A DNA stretch of 64,000 bases. It comes from Perkinsela sp. CCAP 1560/9. Its lineage: Eukaryota; Protista; Euglenozoa: Kinetoplastea. The notes under the pieces were generated by a model, which worked only from the letters and a program-made list of their open reading frames with translations, was not told where the DNA came from and did no database searches. The position numbers were made by a program, and so were the translations under genes. Of the stretch, positions 7,842 to 17,682 are shown piece by piece. The stretch lies in the NCBI GenBank assembly GCA_965644495.1, contig CBFFSA010000002.1:1302001-1366000 (forward strand), read 5' to 3'. Numbering within the stretch: the first letter of the stretch is position 1; each line of letters starts with the position of its first letter.

Positions 7842-10061
7842 TTAGGCACCCAATGCGAATACCCAGTCTGTTAGAAAAGCCCATAATTTTTTTCTTCTCG
7901 GGGATTCACATTGACCTTGTGTACTGTTTGATTGGACAACTAGATTAATGGGTGATACCACACTCTCTTGAATCCCGGGTGCCTCTTGTTGAAATAAGGC
8001 ACCTGAGCCTTCCGGTAAACTTTGTACGAGAGGTAGATCACCCTGAAATCCGATATCCTGCGCGATAGGCAAACTCAACAAATCGGATACGCGTGTCACT
8101 CCGTCCCCCATTGCACTATCGTCGATAAGTGGTAAGGACTCTGGAACTCCAGGTTCGACATTGTCTAAAACATCGGTGCTATTTTCTGCCTCCTCCACCC
8201 CAGTACAGTTGCTTACTCTCGTTACGTTACCCGTGCCTTCCGGAACCCTATCCGTCACCGTTTCTGAGTTCGTTTGATTTCTTGCACGAGTTTCTGTCAC
8301 ATTGCCCGTGGGATCTGTGCTAATTTCACTTTCCGATTCAGTGTCTTCCTTAACTTTTTGTAGTTCCTCCCTTACAATATCTTCTGTCACAAATAGTTTC
8401 GTGGTACAAACCTCCGATGCCGGAGGGCAGAAAATTTGTCCTACGTAACCCGGGATCCCGGTGAGTACCCCAGGGGAGCCATCTTCGGGACAGCGCAGCC
8501 AGGTAGCGTTCTGCCCAAGCCGGAGCTCCACCCGTCTCCCGGCCGGGCACCGCGTCTCGAAACAACGAGGTGAGTTGCGGTTCAGCGCGCTCGGAGGCGT
8601 TCCCTGGGCATGGAAGCCCCAGGTAAAGTTCGACTCGTTTTCAGGTTTTCGCGCCCCGGCGGTCTCAAAACAACGACTGGAGGTGGAGAAAAAATTCCCC
8701 GACTGCGCGGCGTAGCGCTCCGCCTGGTTATTTGGGTTCACACAAACCATCTCCGGAATCGCCTTTGGGACGGGGCAGTAATCCATGCTTCGGAAATACC
8801 CCCCAATAGTGGGCTCCTTGGGAAAATACTGAAACGCCGTCTCCAACGGCTCCTCATGGTTAATGATCGCACATACCCCCGCCGCCACGTGGTTCGGCAT
8901 ACACGACAACGTAAACGGGTGCCAGCAAAAATACCGATCCCGTCCCCCGTCCTCCGTGTTACACCGTTGCTCAATAAACCCACACCCCGCGGCGCGTCCA
9001 TACCTCAGCTCCCCCGGTTCACTACACACGGCGTAATCCACCTCGTAGTGCCCGCTGTCCTCAAAAAAAGCCAACGTCATCGGGGAAAGCCCCAGCGTCA
9101 CATCCGCCGGGCTGACTCCCTCCGTCATCAGCTCCCCATTCAGGACCCGTCGGGTCCAGTACCCCGTGACATCGAGCTCGAGCGCGTTTAACGAGGAGCA
9201 GTTGAAGTAGTCTCTCGCTTTTTCGACAATGCTCGGGGAGGTGATCCCGAGGGTCTGGTGTTCCCGAACCGTGAGGGCACGAAGGGCGCCCTGGTTCGGG
9301 GGGAGGAACCCGTAGAGCGCAAAGTGGAGCGAGAACCCGAGCGCGCGGAAGAGTTCCCGCGTGACCAGCCGGGTGAGTCGCCCCGGGGGTTGTTGGGGGT
9401 CGAGGTACCGTGGACTGAGGTTTAGGACCCCCACGGTGGGACGACGGGAGGCGTCGGATTCGCACATGAGCCCCGTGGCCTGGATCTCCATCCCGGGGTA
9501 GGGGCGCGCGGTGACGTAGAGAATAAAGTCGGTGTGGGGGAAGCCGAGCTCCCAGTCGGTGGGGGCTGAGGTGACGTGACCGAAACAGGGGGTAGGGCTG
9601 GTGTGGAGAGGGGGACGTGGCCGGGAGACTTTAAGAGCACGAGAGGCGAGATCGGTGGCCTCGTGGAGCGCGTGGAGGAGGAGGGCTTTCTTCTCCTCCG
9701 TGAGCACGTCCGCGGGTCGACAAATCGTGGTGCCGAGATCAAAGGAGGTGCGCTTGTCTCCGGGGACGGAGCAGAATTTAGAGGGGTCGTCCAAGTCACG
9801 TGTGCTGAGGTGAATGCGAAGAGGCTGGCGTGTCGGAGAGGAGGCTTCGTGCTGGAACGGAGACAGAGGGTTATGTTTAGGAGTTTGCTGCCCCTTTTGC
9901 TGAGGTACGGATTTAATTCCTTGCGGGGGGTGTAGAGGAGCAAAGAGGTCATTTGAGTAAACCGTATCGTGAAGCCATTCGGCGTCGGATTTAGAGTAGG
10001 CTCGTCGGGAAGTAGCGAGCTCTGTGAGAGCCACCAGTAAGAGTGTGTACCGCAGTGTCAT
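7842..10061 (-). CDS. GP63-like protein, predicted catalytically inactive, with acidic Ser/Thr/Asn-rich C-terminal extension
   Basis: Collinear paralogue of the neighbour, but HEXXH reads RELFRALGF and the SHW His is replaced (TGYW). Signal peptide present. Confidence 0.88.
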   Translation of the reverse strand: MTLRYTLLLVALTELATSRRAYSKSDAEWLHDTVYSNDLFAPLHPPQGIKSVPQQKGQQTPKHNPLSPFQHEASSPTRQPLRIHLSTRDLDDPSKFCSVPGDKRTSFDLGTTICRPADVLTEEKKALLLHALHEATDLASRALKVSRPRPPLHTSPTPCFGHVTSAPTDWELGFPHTDFILYVTARPYPGMEIQATGLMCESDASRRPTVGVLNLSPRYLDPQQPPGRLTRLVTRELFRALGFSLHFALYGFLPPNQGALRALTVREHQTLGITSPSIVEKARDYFNCSSLNALELDVTGYWTRRVLNGELMTEGVSPADVTLGLSPMTLAFFEDSGHYEVDYAVCSEPGELRYGRAAGCGFIEQRCNTEDGGRDRYFCWHPFTLSCMPNHVAAGVCAIINHEEPLETAFQYFPKEPTIGGYFRSMDYCPVPKAIPEMVCVNPNNQAERYAAQSGNFFSTSSRCFETAGARKPENESNFTWGFHAQGTPPSALNRNSPRCFETRCPAGRRVELRLGQNATWLRCPEDGSPGVLTGIPGYVGQIFCPPASEVCTTKLFVTEDIVREELQKVKEDTESESEISTDPTGNVTETRARNQTNSETVTDRVPEGTGNVTRVSNCTGVEEAENSTDVLDNVEPGVPESLPLIDDSAMGDGVTRVSDLLSLPIAQDIGFQGDLPLVQSLPEGSGALFQQEAPGIQESVVSPINLVVQSNSTQGQCESPRRKKLWAFLTDWVFALGA

Positions 10062-10249
10062 GGGGTAATACTAAACAAGAATAGAAAAGCTAAAGTTTTG
10101 ATATCACAGACTCTCTTCCAAGAATCATAATATTGTATGTTTGAAAGAATGTAGATATCTTGAGACTCCAGCTCATCACTCTTGAAAACACTTTTCCAAT
10201 TGAAAGCAAGCTCAGCCCCTCAGCAGGTCACGCCACATACCTGTCACAC

Positions 10250-10939
10250 CTACATTTGTGTCAACACCAGGGCGGTAATATTATGCCCCGCGGTGGCAAG
10301 CCCGGAACCCACCAGCCACACCACCCCGAGCGGGAGTAACATGTAGGGTTGGATCGGGAGCAGTGGGAGCTCCAGCAACCCACGATACACGATATACCCC
10401 CAGTAGGAGGAGGCGAGGGCCCAGAGCGTGTTGGCGCAAAGACACGCCAGTATCCCGGGCCGTAGCACCAGCCACAGCAGATAGTGCTGCACGACGTAGA
10501 GCAGAAGGAACGGGGGGAAGAACGCGCTGGTGGCAATATCCCAGCAGTACAGCCACTCGACATCACGTCGGACCTCATTGAGATAGGGACGACGGGTACG
10601 GATGTATCGATTGCATCCGTACCATAAAAATGTGGTGAACAGCACGCACCCGGTAAGGTAGAACCCGCAGAGGTGAAGCAACAGCGCGTGAAGAAGATGG
10701 GAGAGGGAAACGTGAAAGGTAAGTCCCCAGGCCAGGGAGGCTGCGGCCAGAAACGCAAGCTGGAGCAACACGAATGCAGGTTCCTCCCGGGCGTAAAAGT
10801 TTTTGGTCATTTTTCGCACTTTTGCGGCACGAAAGACCAGGGAGGGACGGGAAAGGAGTTGTAACATTTGACTAAGAGCGTTGTCGAAATCAAGGCGGTC
10901 CAGGCGGGTGGCACGCCTGAGGTAGAGGGAAGGCTTCAT
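10250..10939 (-). CDS. UNC50: UNC-50/Gmh1-family membrane protein
   Basis: YLRRA...DFDNALSQMLQLL..P..V...RKMTKNFYAREEPAF, VEWLYCWDI...AFFP, multiple TM helices. Confidence 0.88.
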   Translation of the reverse strand: MKPSLYLRRATRLDRLDFDNALSQMLQLLSRPSLVFRAAKVRKMTKNFYAREEPAFVLLQLAFLAAASLAWGLTFHVSLSHLLHALLLHLCGFYLTGCVLFTTFLWYGCNRYIRTRRPYLNEVRRDVEWLYCWDIATSAFFPPFLLLYVVQHYLLWLVLRPGILACLCANTLWALASSYWGYIVYRGLLELPLLPIQPYMLLPLGVVWLVGSGLATAGHNITALVLTQM

Positions 10940-11211
10940 GGAGGGTGGAAGAATTCGCTTCTTTTTAAAGTTGTGAAAACGGCACTTTAGAACGAAAATA
11001 GCATACAGTTGTATAAATGAACTTTACTAAACATTACTGTAAATAACATAAAGTAGTGCATGAAGCGTATCATATGGAAGTTTCACCCAATAGGCTGAAA
11101 ACAAGTATAACACACGTCGTCATCCACCATATCTTTGATGGAATATTTCTGTACGATGAGGCGTACGATTTCTACCTATCAAAACAACTTGTGAATCTAA
11201 CCAGCCATTTT

Positions 11212-12282
11212 TCAAACTATCTTCGTTTTTGCCTCTACATTTTCTGCGTACTTTCTCATTCTTCGTATTCGATCTAATTTTTCTTTGATCATGCGAATTT
11301 TCCTATCATACTTATACAATCGGCCTTTTTCTGAATTTAAGATGCGTAATGATATCATGTTGGCGGTATGCAATTTGTGGTACAAAAGCTTCATCTTGAA
11401 AGTCAAGTCCCGATAGCCGTTCGTGAGCAGTTTCAGCTCGTGTGCGTTTTGTGAAAATTTGCCTTTCATTTCTGGGATTGTAAGTGGGGTCGGGGTTGGC
11501 TTCCGAAATGGAGTCAACGCGGTACTTGGAACGCTTGTGTCCTTCAATGACAGTTCTTCACATTCCGCCTTCGAACTGCTTAATTGATTTTTCGCATTGG
11601 AAGATTCCTCAATAGTTTCCTCGTCAAGAGAAAATTTATCGAAGGACTCTTCAGAGGAGCCATCGGGTGCAATACCCGAACCTGCCGCTGTTACCGCTTG
11701 AGGATTGATGTTTGGGTTGCTTTCCATGTTGACCGGTGATGCATTCGTGGGATCTTGCAAAAGAAGTCGGGCTAAATGCTTCTCCCTATTTTTCCGATGT
11801 CTATCCTTGTCACTGGTTTTCGAGCCTTGCGCATTCGCCATAACTTCCGACTCTTCCTCCTCTAGTACGAACTGCTCTAAATCATTCGGAAGAGATGTGG
11901 ACACTATTTCTCCTGTAGTCTCTTCAAGGTTGGATGAAGAAAGTGGAGGAAGATTTTTTGTTTCTTCATCCGAGTCGTATTCCCGAAGAAAGCTTGGGGT
12001 GTAGGAAGATGTTGGAGTTTTAATGACACCGCGACGTTTAGTGCTGATTCGACTGCTCGTTTCGCGTAAACGGGAAGCAATAGTTGAAGTAGGAGTCGGT
12101 CTGGGAGAAGAGCAGACGTATTCCACTGTCTTTCTTGAACGTGTAATCGCAGGAATTGATGTTTTAATTTCAATGCGAGACTCTGTTGGCTGAGTAGTGT
12201 GTTTGCGAGAGTGTGTTGACCGAGAACGCAGGAAGCGAGTAAAAAAGAAGTGATGGCGAAGAAAGGAAAAAGATCGTTCCAT
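11212..12282 (-). CDS. Hypothetical protein with Arg/Ser-rich (possibly mitochondrial) leader, acidic middle and basic coiled-coil C-terminus
   Basis: 356-aa ORF in cluster orientation with ATG start; no family recognised. Confidence 0.7.
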   Translation of the reverse strand: MERSFSFLRHHFFFTRFLRSRSTHSRKHTTQPTESRIEIKTSIPAITRSRKTVEYVCSSPRPTPTSTIASRLRETSSRISTKRRGVIKTPTSSYTPSFLREYDSDEETKNLPPLSSSNLEETTGEIVSTSLPNDLEQFVLEEEESEVMANAQGSKTSDKDRHRKNREKHLARLLLQDPTNASPVNMESNPNINPQAVTAAGSGIAPDGSSEESFDKFSLDEETIEESSNAKNQLSSSKAECEELSLKDTSVPSTALTPFRKPTPTPLTIPEMKGKFSQNAHELKLLTNGYRDLTFKMKLLYHKLHTANMISLRILNSEKGRLYKYDRKIRMIKEKLDRIRRMRKYAENVEAKTKIV

Positions 12283-12766
12283 GGATGTTCAAACTTCCCC
12301 GTTTCTTATTGAACTAGTGAAGTCTTCTCCTTAGGGAACATGTAAGTAGGGAGCATCGACTAAATGCGTACGAAAGAAAAAAAATTGTAATCCAGTGGAA
12401 ATATATACTAAAACTTTATATTGTATATGAGATACAAATTTCCATTTTTAGAAAGCGCAGAAGTCACCGCTTAAAAAAACTTCTAAGAACTTATTTGCAT
12501 CTACACAAAAACTTGAAAAAATGCATGTGCAACACCACAAAAAAGAGATTTAAAAAGAGAAAGTAGAAACACTTATTAAGAACCTGAACAAACGGTTCGC
12601 AACAATTGAATTGCAATTGCTGTAGGCATCATACTGGCACGAATATATGAATTTTTTTTATCCTAATTTTGATACGAAAAAACAGATTTTCGTGTTAAAT
12701 GCACTACGTTCCATTCTTTTAAAGACTACGTATCGGCCGAAATACGAACTGGATCCACATTATCAC

Positions 12767-13366
12767 TTAGGACACTTCACACCATGCATTTTCTTCTCGG
12801 ATACGTGCTTCTTCTTCCGGTGTAAAGTCGTTCTTGATTCCGAACAAAGTCCGTATCTCCTCAACAGACTTGCCCCGGATCATTGACGCCACAGATGCAC
12901 TTGTTAGGTCAATCAAATCTTGGATATGCAAGTAGTTCGCGGCGCTCAAAACAGCCAACAATGTACCGTGCTTTGATTCATCACCGTTTTCTAGCAACGA
13001 ATTTGTAAGAAAATTAAAGTCCCATTCCCCAATCACTTCTTTTATTGGGGCACGTAGTGGCTTCTCTATGGCCGGGGCCTTTTCCTGTACATGATGCTCC
13101 ATGTAAGTGATCACATGGACTAACATATCCGCTGGGACACCGGGTACAGGGACCACTACAGGAGTAGTTCTTCTGTGTTCTGCGCTGGTATACTTTCCAC
13201 TTGATACAGATGTGAGCGCTCCGCTCAATACAACAGACTGTTTTGTAGCCTCGCGGGTGATACAAAACTCCTGCGGTGGAGTGTCGTTGCTTTGCAGAAC
13301 AATGTACTTCCCGAAATCCACGTCGGGATACGGTGCCTGTACGGCCTGCGGTGTCTTAATTGTCAT
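12767..13366 (-). CDS. SKP1: S-phase kinase-associated protein 1 (SCF adaptor)
   Basis: WDFNFL, AANYLHIQDLIDLT, IRGKSVEEIRTLFGIKNDFTPEEEARIREENAW. Confidence 0.95.
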   Translation of the reverse strand: MTIKTPQAVQAPYPDVDFGKYIVLQSNDTPPQEFCITREATKQSVVLSGALTSVSSGKYTSAEHRRTTPVVVPVPGVPADMLVHVITYMEHHVQEKAPAIEKPLRAPIKEVIGEWDFNFLTNSLLENGDESKHGTLLAVLSAANYLHIQDLIDLTSASVASMIRGKSVEEIRTLFGIKNDFTPEEEARIREENAWCEVS

Positions 13367-13629
13367 TAGAACAATATATTGGTAAAATTGGGTTATATCT
13401 AGAGATTAAAAATCTAAACAAATTAAAAAAGAAGAAAAAGACCAAAATTCTTTGTATATTTTTGTACACCAGTTCTATTTTTTTGAAAAAAAGGAAATAT
13501 TCACCTTGGTCGCATCTGGAATTGAATTCTGGAGAGAACAGAATAAACCATTTTTAGGTCCAACATATTCACTCAAGTTTATACATAAAACGTATAAATA
13601 CAATATATAGAATGTATAAATTCTCTCTA

Positions 13630-13670
13630 CTAGATATGGCGTTTGCCGCCATTGAAACGTGGCGGCCGAA
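13630..13670 (-). mobile_element. Helitron-like 3' terminus
   Basis: Minus strand: hairpin GCCGCCA-N8-TGGCGGC, 11-nt spacer, then CTAG|T. The 5' TC end was not located. Confidence 0.55.
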
Positions 13671-14568
13671 ATTATTTGGGCGTTGCCACGTTGTATGGCG
13701 ATGTCAATGACCATCATAGCATGGCAGAGAAAGCCGTAACTGTCCGAGGTGTACCCTCCGCACTTCTGTAGAAATGCGAGTTTCATTTCCGGGAACACCG
13801 AATGCAGTAAATGCTAACTAAGTATAGCTTGGCTAGTCCCCGCTCGGGGATCAGACACGTGCACTTCCTGTAGGAGGGAAGGTCCGATGTCAACCCTCTC
13901 ATGCAGCGCGAGTAGTACAGTGTATCTTGTTATCATATCTATTTTAATATTTTTTCCACTATCATACATGTATGTTACGGTTTCACGCTGTACAAATATG
14001 CATTTAAAAAATGACTTCAGTTTTATTATAAACAAAACTTTTGTACTAACACCCAGACCTTCTAGTAACACTATTTAGGAATAACCCCTTCCCGATTATG
14101 GATCCATCGACACTGCATCATGCGAACCGTAGTCTTTGTGCGGCAGAGCCTTTGGCTCACAGTTTCGTCTCCCTTCGGGGAGTCGGGACTCCGCCTTCTG
14201 GGCGGGGGAGCCTCTGGCTTTTTTCATTTCGTTTTTCCCTTCGGGGAGTGGAGGATCGTTGGAGTTAGGAGTCCGGAAGTTTTTGCGTAGCCTACTTTTC
14301 TCACCTGGCGGTCCCCCAGGTGGATGGATGGCTGAGCATACATGTATGGATCGCCCCCCGACGGGACAAATACTTTATATGAATTATAGGGCAATGATAA
14401 TTTATATTGTACCCAAAAAAATATTTTTTCCATTTTTCAGTGTCTCGATTATAGAGCTTTCAATACTTGTTTTTCCTTGGTTTTCCTGACATGTGCACCT
14501 GTCCTGACCTTCCTGACCTTCGCTGAGTCCTCAGATGGAAGCATGATGGAGATATTCCGCAAGATTTT

Positions 14569-15140
14569 GTGTCCTTCGTAAAGAATCACGGAGTAGTGCT
14601 GGATGAACTTTGCCTTAATCATAAGACATCAGGTTCACCACATAAAAGAAATAAGTTTCTCGGCGTATGTTGGAGAAGGAATGGAAATGCAAAGTGTCGA
14701 AAGCGATTAAGCAGTTTGGCTCCTTATTTTTCGGCTCAGCAAAAGATGTCAAAGATGAAATTCATATTCTGGATTAAGCTATGTCAGAGGGTCGAAATGT
14801 CTAGTATAGCTTCCCAGTGTATGGTCAGCCGGGTGACTGCTTTTAATGGAAACGTCAACTTCTAAGATGGGTGTCGAAGGCCGTTGAAGAGCGCAACAAG
14901 ACTATACGGTTTTCGAAGTGTGCGGTGGACGAAACCTTTCTGGCAGCAAGCAACGCTTCCGGGCGCTTTTGCTGTCCCTTAAATCTGTTAAGAAAGAAAT
15001 TATTTTGACAGAAGGTGAGGGATCTTGTTTAGGAGAAGAAGCAGAAGATAACGAAGGTGAAGAAGATGACACGTGGAACATAATACAACAATTCATGTCG
15101 TAAAGCGGAAGCGAGCGTTCAAGATGAAAGCAATATATTC
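14569..15140 (+). pseudogene. Decayed Merlin-like transposase, N-terminal and C-terminal pieces
   Basis: Cys/Trp zinc-ribbon-like segment (VCWRR..KCRKRLSSL..YF). ~80 bp at 15062-15140 is shared with 27079-27156, which follows a clear Merlin catalytic fragment. Confidence 0.5.
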
Positions 15141-15396
15141 TTTTAAAAAGTGGTCCAAAAAAAATATTTTTGAAATAAAAAAAATATTTTTAATATCATC
15201 CTCTAGAGGATAAATCTGTGAGCGTAGTTACTCAATTTAGTGTTGCCGTACGCTACTGATAATAAAAACGCTGAGTTGGGGCACTGCTCCGTATTCAGGG
15301 TGGGAAATGCCGCGGACGTCATCAAGTAGACATAGTTCAAGCCCCAGAGGTTAAGCATCTACTCGCTTATTAAAATCGGCGCATCATACCGGTCCA

Positions 15397-15610
15397 GTGT
15401 TTTCAAAATGGACTCGGGAACGAGCAAACCATTTAGTAGCTACTTTTGCTCGTCAACACACACGGAACATTCATCAGACATGGTCCTTTCATTCTCTGCG
15501 TCATGGGGGGGGCGGGACACTTGTCAAGGCAAGGCATAGACTTATCTACCCGCCTACGCCGTGGGAGGTGGATGTCTCAATTCTCGGCCAATCATTACTC
15601 AATAGCTTAA
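15397..15610 (+). pseudogene. Tyrosine recombinase C-terminus of a DIRS-type (VIPER/TATE-like) retroelement
   Basis: Removing one G from the G8 run at ~15505 gives HSLRHGGAGHLSRQGIDLSTRLRRGRWMSQFSANHY*, i.e. the HxxR, GRWxS and catalytic Tyr motifs of YR retroelements. Confidence 0.8.
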
Positions 15611-15814
15611 CGTGGCGCGCTACGCAGTCAGCGTCGCAGTTACGAAGTCACATTTCGGCCATTTCACAAGATATACATTTAATCGTACTGTCCATATTCA
15701 TGCACTCTTACGTGTATTCTCCGTGCGTATCGAGTAAATAAATATTTGTTTTGTTATACGACTTAAAAACACAACGATGTATGTTGATCCGAGTATGGGG
15801 CAGATAGAGATATA

Positions 15815-16339
15815 CAGGGGGGTGCACGAAAATATGGGGGGGGGGTCAAAATTCAGCCTTTTTTGGAAAATAATAGCGCATTCGAGAGCTCTCACAGAGT
15901 TACGTGTCATGTGATATTACGCTTTACGTAGTTTCCAGGTATTTACATTCTCCTGAATACCGCAAAAAGGGTAATTGCAAAGTTTGCCAAGAGTATCCTG
16001 TGAGATGCTTTAAGCTGCCCACGAGGCGAGTAACAAAATCTACTCCGTTTCTGCACTTTTTTATTATTCGAATATGACCTTTTGTGGGGCAAAGTACTGT
16101 ATTAGGATCAAAAAAGTCAATAAATTCACAAAAAAAAAGCAGTTTTTTCAAAAAACTGCAGAATTTTGCACTTTGAAAAATCATGATTTTTTTAAATTGT
16201 TAAAAAGACTTAAAAATGCGGGAAACGCATTATCACATGACACGTAACTCTGCGAGAGCTCTCGAATGCGCTATTATTTTCCAAAATTGGGCGAGTTATA
16301 AGAATTTTGACCTCCCCCATATTTTCGTGCACCCCCCTG
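15815..16339. mobile_element. Tc1/mariner-type MITE with ~100-bp TIRs and TA TSD
   Basis: TA|CAGGGGGGTGCACGAAAATATGGGG...CCCCATATTTTCGTGCACCCCCCTG|TA; inserted between the YR and RT relics. Confidence 0.92.
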
Positions 16340-16579
16340 TATAATGTCTCTCCATATTTTCTGACGCCCCTGGGGTCAGCAGTGATGCAGCGTGGTTCGT
16401 GGGCGTCGGATAATGATCCTCTATGCCCGCTCAAAAACGTGAGATGCATGTACTCGGATGCACTGAAGGAAAGTGAATTACCCTTTTGTAAGACGTGTTG
16501 TGTCATTGCTGGGTATATCCCCTTCCTCACGACATTACCTACGATAGCCTGAACGAGACGCCAAATCGATACGTTTTAG

Positions 16580-17000
16580 AAATCATCTGTCTGATCTACT
16601 GCATTACAAAGTTCTGCGTGTTGCTCAGCAGCCGACAGAGTGCGTCATAGGTAGCTAAACAGTCATCTTAAAGGACGCGACAGATTCCCGCGACATCTTT
16701 AACCTGAGATGGACTAATGAGCACTGTGAGGACCTTAGCATTCCTCTCACCTTTCCAAGCACGTATGAACTAATTAACTCGCTGAGGGAATTAAAGGACT
16801 GTGCGCAAGCACGAATACGCTTTCTTCATGCGGACATTAAGAATTGGTATTACCAAATTCCAATCTCTTCTGCCCTTGGAAAGGCATGTTGTGTCCGCAT
16901 GGGAAGCACAGTACTAGAACCGCTGGTTATCCCAATGGGCTTCAAGCACTCCTGTGGGATTGTTCAAGCCATTCCGCGTGCTGCTGCGAGACTGTCGTAA
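16580..17000 (+). pseudogene. Reverse transcriptase fragment of the same DIRS-type element (not in the ORF track)
   Basis: Manual translation of 16659-17000: VILKDATDSRDIFNLRWTN...FLHADIKNWYYQIPIS...LVIPMGFKHSCGIVQAI. It ends before YxDD, with an upstream in-frame stop. Confidence 0.82.
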
Positions 17001-17682
17001 GCTTTGTGCTTCTTAGCGTCTTTCATCTTTGCTTCTCTTTCATCTTTGCTGGACTAGACAAATGCTAATGGACACTATTCAGTTATTCTGTACCATTCGA
17101 TGCTATCCTGTGTCATTTCGTGCCATCCTGAGCGAAGATTTTTGGCATAATGGCCACTTTTGGTGTTCATCTACATCTTGGAGGGGGGACTATGGTGATA
17201 GGCAGAATATGGCAGAATGCGGCACAATATGGCAAAATTCAACTGAAACTGACTCACTTCAGAGGAAATCGCTGATTGAACCGCGAACAATACCGTTCCC
17301 AACGGTTCTGAAATACACACCCTCACGATGCAAGATCGCTTGGAGATTTGTCGCCCGCCTCTAAGCGTAACACAGATGTGTCCCAAATGCGCAACACCAA
17401 AATGGAAGATTATGAGGACTAGGAGTAAAGGTGAAGCTCACTACCATGCATAGAACGTAAAACGGGGCGGGCGGTGTAAAAAACGGGAGCGTGGCTTTAA
17501 CTTCGAGCGTCAAATAGCCATGGAGGAAGTGAACACTAAAATGGCAGAGGCCGTGGACGAAATTCTTGAGTGAAAGGTGATACCATCTCACACCTAAAAA
17601 TCTCACACCTAAAAAACGTAAATCTAGAACACGCGTATGTCAATAAATATTTTTCACGTAGCAAAGGCAAGAAACGAGCTTT

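Noticed and set aside
13830-13870. 7SL RNA resemblance (CTGATCCCCGAGCGGGGAC on the minus strand)
   Set aside because: Short match only; no SRP S-domain motifs seen.
14150-14200. Hammerhead ribozyme (minus-strand stem followed by CGAAAC)
   Set aside because: No CUGANGA core upstream of the stem.
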